Positions 60,293 to 64,000 of a stretch of DNA of 64,000 bases are shown piece by piece. Source of the stretch: Macrostomum hystrix (taxonomy: Eukaryota; Animalia; Platyhelminthes); the NCBI GenBank assembly GCA_950097015.1, contig CATNEN010000002.1, positions 1 to 64,000 on the forward strand. Direction: 5' to 3'. Each line of letters begins with the position of its first letter. The first letter of the stretch is position 1. The notes under the pieces were generated by a model. The model had not been told where the DNA came from. It did not search any database and worked only from the letters and a program-made list of their open reading frames with translations. The position numbers were made by a program, and so were the translations under genes.

Positions 60293-61912
60293 TCACTCCA
60301 TATTCAGCACCACCAGTCGCTTGTTCACATAGTCAGCCACCACCAGCTGCTCGCGCGCGCCTCCCGTCACCACCGCCAGACCGCATGGACCATTGAATAT
60401 GCCGTCACCGCTGCCGCTCTCGCCCGGCACCCCCAGAGTCCACAGCAGCGACCCGTCGTCGGCAGCCACCGCTCGCACTGAGTCACCACTCCACTCACTC
60501 ACGAACAGGCGGCCTCTCCTGTCCACGGCCACACCCATTGGCCCAGCAAACTCTTTGAGGCCGCAACGCTCAGTCGGGTGCGAGGCGACCACCTGCTGGG
60601 TGTCAATGCGCACTCTGTGCACCTGCTTCTGCTTCCAGTCTGTCACCAGAATGCAGTTGTCGTGAATCGCCAGGTTGCGCAGATCAGCATCAGGAAACTC
60701 ATTCAGCGTGATGACCGTCTCCATCTCGCCAGTCGCTTTGCTGAATGCAACAATTTTGTTGCCACCAGACACAAACACGGAGGCTGCGTTGCCGCCGATT
60801 CCCTCAATGGCACGAAAGCCCTTGATTTGTGGTTTGATTCGACGCATCTTTCGACCGCTCAGGTCCGTCACTGTCACTGCGTCAACTTGAGCAATGAACA
60901 GCAGCTGACGGTCGCCGTGAAGACCCCAGATGTCCCTCTTCCAGTCGATGTCGCAGTGGCACCGCAGCTTCTTCGAGCCGTCCACAGACACCACCTGAAG
61001 GTGATTCTTGCCATCGAATGATGAAAATGATGCGAAGATGCAGGGCTGAGGCAGAGCCTCACCGCCGTCACTCGCTGACTCGGCGGCCACCACACGGCCT
61101 GAGCGGTCCCCAACGAATCCGCTGGTGTCGCTGCACACCGCCAGCCACTTAACAAGACCATCCAGCTTCACCTCGTGACTGAACACAATCGGATCGAACA
61201 ATGCCTGTCTCGCCATCGCCATCGCCTTAAATGCGTCGTCGATCTCCTTGGGTGTCGCGCTGACCTCAGCGTCTCTCCAGCCCTCACCAGTCCACACGTT
61301 CACACGAGCCAACGCTCTGCCGAACTGCTCCGACACCTGCCCCAGTCGCTCCAGCTGCTGCTCCGCTCCCAAGCTCTCCTCCAGCGACTTCTGCAGCCGA
61401 TCAAAGTCCGCCTTCAAGTCATCGAGCGACAACTCCATCGCCATCGTCAGCTCGACAAGCTTCGACATCTCGCCTGCAGCTTCCGCCATCGACGTCTCCT
61501 GCCTGTAGCTTCTCACATCGTCCATGTCCCGCTGCCACACACGCGCTGTCTCAATCCGAGCTATCATCGGACCTGTCAGTCGATCTTCACTCGAATCCAG
61601 GTATCTCCGCATTGTCTCATACAGCTGCTTCGCCCGTCGCAGCTGCTCCTCCATCTCGTGAATCCAATCTCCTCCACCACCTCCTGCACTGCCACCTGCA
61701 GCTTCGGCTTGAGGAAAGGCACGCAGCTTCTCAGCGACCTTCTCCTTCAGCTTGAGGGCATCCGCCACATCAACACTCAGGTGTTCCGAGCACAGGTAGC
61801 GCTCGGAGAACGGACCCAGGCCGACTGCAGCTTTTTGGCAGACGACGCAGATTGGAATCACTTCAGGAGGTCCTTCGGAACTCGAGCTGTCGCTGGAGTC
61901 TCCACGCTGCAT
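60293..61912 (-). CDS. Zn-finger / coiled-coil / NHL propeller protein, copy A5 (539 aa)
   Basis: Intact ORF; NHL repeats [19 protein letters not shown] and IFNGPCGLAV...ADYVNKRL. Confidence 0.88.
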   Translation of the reverse strand: MQRGDSSDSSSSEGPPEVIPICVVCQKAAVGLGPFSERYLCSEHLSVDVADALKLKEKVAEKLRAFPQAEAAGGSAGGGGGDWIHEMEEQLRRAKQLYETMRRYLDSSEDRLTGPMIARIETARVWQRDMDDVRSYRQETSMAEAAGEMSKLVELTMAMELSLDDLKADFDRLQKSLEESLGAEQQLERLGQVSEQFGRALARVNVWTGEGWRDAEVSATPKEIDDAFKAMAMARQALFDPIVFSHEVKLDGLVKWLAVCSDTSGFVGDRSGRVVAAESASDGGEALPQPCIFASFSSFDGKNHLQVVSVDGSKKLRCHCDIDWKRDIWGLHGDRQLLFIAQVDAVTVTDLSGRKMRRIKPQIKGFRAIEGIGGNAASVFVSGGNKIVAFSKATGEMETVITLNEFPDADLRNLAIHDNCILVTDWKQKQVHRVRIDTQQVVASHPTERCGLKEFAGPMGVAVDRRGRLFVSEWSGDSVRAVAADDGSLLWTLGVPGESGSGDGIFNGPCGLAVVTGGAREQLVVADYVNKRLVVLNME

Positions 61913-62969
61913 TTTCAGATTCAAGGTCTGCAAAGAGAGTCGGAAAGAGGCCGTGTGAGTTGAAGACTGCTGCTGGAATCTGCCAGAACTCTAATATTAT
62001 CTCAGTGTCAAAAATTCTCAACTTCAACTCGCTACCTCAGAAAGCTGTGAAGCAGAAAAGTTGCAGAACTGCCGTAAGCAGGCCGATGCTGAGGCTCAGG
62101 TGAGAATGAGTTTCAATCAGACAGCAGTCAAAAGCTGTGCTCAGGTTTTTGAGATGACTCTCTCGTAAGCTAGGTGTCTCACTTAAACTCTACTCTGTTG
62201 CTTAGCAACAGTGAGAAGCCTGAGTCTGGTCGATATAGAGAACAGAATGAAATCCTTGAGTCGCTCTGCTCCGGCAGCTCAGTTTGTCGGCAAAAGACAG
62301 TGAGAGTGAAATCTGTTTTTGTTTATTCTCGGTCGAACGCGAATTCAAAATGCTTCCTGCGGCTGCGTGCATTTCTCTGCGGCTGGGACAGAGAGGGCCG
62401 GCTCTGAGCAGCATTAAGCACAGCTGAGCACCCACCTCTGCCTCCAACTGCTCACAATGGGAGCGTAGATTTGGTGAGTGTACTCAAATGTATTGTTTGT
62501 GCACTTAGCTGTGCCATCTTGAGCCCAAAGTACGACATTGTGGCTCTGCTTGTCAGACACTTTCTGACAGATCCGAGCTGTTAGAGATGCGATCGACCTG
62601 TTAGAGTAGGGAAAAACAACAGGCCAGCAGTTCAAGACGTTGGAAAAATCTCATATTTACTTTTTTGTCTGATATTAGCCTCATCAGCTCACCTACCATT
62701 AGCCTCATCAGCTCACATTAGCTTCATGAGCTTACAGTAGCTTCAACGCCACCTGCAGGCCAGAGAAGGACTTAGGCAGTGCCCTAAGTGCCCTATTCTT
62801 AGTCAATAACCTTTTTTATTCGCTTTTATGACTGTTTAACAAAATGTTTGTTGTTTAACAGCAATTTTGTTGGTAACAAAATTCTACCCGAGTACACCCG
62901 AGTCCACCAGATACACTCAACGTTTTCTTTCTGACCCTTCAATGTTTCTTCCCCAACCATGATCTCGTA

Positions 62970-63278
62970 CCCAAATGTACATTCTATGCCTAAATATCTC
63001 GTCCACAAATGTACATTCTCCCCCAAAATGTCTCGTCCCTAAAAATATATTCAACCCCTCAAGATCTCCTCCCCAAATGTACATTCTACCCACAAATATC
63101 TCTTCCCCAAATGTACATTCTACCCCAAAAGATCTCTTCCCCAAATGTACATTCTACCCCAAAAGATCTCTTCCCCAAATGTACATTGTACCTATGAAGA
63201 TCTCATCCCCAATATGCATTCTACCCACAAATATCTCTTCCCCAAATGTACATTCTACCCCCAAAGATCTTTTCCCCA
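62970..63278. repeat. ~34-bp minisatellite
   Basis: Homolog of 6264-6572. Confidence 0.85.
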
Positions 63279-63783
63279 AGGTGCGGTTTAAGTATAAATC
63301 ATTATCATTTTGCAACACTCTAATTTCAACAACAAATGTTGTGAATCTGCATTCTATACATATAAGCATGTTTATTAGGCCACAGTCACGTACAGCAGGC
63401 AGCAGCAATTCCATTGATTTCCTCTTCATCAGTGGATTAGTGCACCGGGGGTTACAGGGCAAAGTCGGGAGATTCGGCCGAACGAGGTCGCCCTTGATTT
63501 CCCGACACCGAAGTGATTTATTATCCGACTCCCAACGCAACCACCAAAAATATTCGAGTCCCAATGCGAAGGAGACATGAGACCATTTCTTTTTCCCTGT
63601 GGTCACGTTCTCAACGGGAGTTCTCTTAGGGATAAAATAGAAACACAGAGAGATCAATACAAACACATCCCCAACAGCGCAATCTGAAGCTTGATTTGGG
63701 ATTTATTGCCCAAGCAATAAGGAGGCCGCGATTTCAGCCAGTTCAGTAAGAAGAATTTATTAGTCAGTTTTGGACTGGCACTG

Positions 63784-64000
63784 GACCCAAATAGTACGAT
63801 AAATGTTCTACTCCCCCTGATCCTTCAGTGTTCTACTCCCCCTGATCCTTCAGTGTTCTACTCCCCCTGATCCTTCAGTGTTCTACTCCCCCTGATCCCT
63901 GATCCTTCAGTGTTCTACTCCCCCTGATATTTCAGTGTTCTACTCCCCCCTGATCCTTCAGTGTTCTACTCCCCCTGATCCTTCAGTGTTCTACTCCCCC
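63784..64000. repeat. ~25-bp minisatellite
   Basis: Homolog of 7117-7633; runs off the window end. Confidence 0.9.

Larger units (their letters stand above)
1322..64000. repeat. Tandem segmental duplication, unit ~25-30 kb, ~2.1 copies in window
   Basis: Colinear pairs: NHL-A 1322/31492/60293, MITE 9343/36255, NHL-B 14664/41414, Gypsy 19690/45760, GPCR 27883/53168. Confidence 0.93.

Overview
Eukaryotic, satellite-rich genomic DNA from an invertebrate. The mix of GC-rich single-exon CDSs and large microsatellites resembles a flatworm such as Macrostomum, but that is a guess. The window holds about 2.1 copies of a 25-30 kb tandem segmental duplication. Unit order: NHL gene A(-), 19-bp minisatellite, satellites, hAT MITE, internally deleted RTE-like retroelement, NHL gene B(-), inverted truncated NHL paralog(+), Gypsy remnant, tRNA-derived SINEs, single-coding-exon class A GPCR(+), (TTCCTCC)n tract, next NHL gene A. 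Main result: five copies (4 intact, 1 pseudogene) of a Zn-finger/coiled-coil/NHL beta-propeller (TRIM-NHL-like, no RING) gene. Their N-terminal halves are almost identical, while the propellers are hypervariable at about ten short patches matching the predicted top-face (d-a and b-c) loops, with a mosaic pattern across paralogs. Co-duplicated neighbours (GPCR, retroelement ORF) are about 99% identical. This looks like a diversifying recognition-protein array. Also notable: a Crypton-type tyrosine-recombinase element with a terminal hairpin whose empty site is visible in another repeat unit, and an RTE-like element with C2H2 fingers plus a PHD-like finger and a degenerate 2A-like motif. All long E/G/R/K- or P/S/F/L-rich ORFs are satellite translation artefacts.
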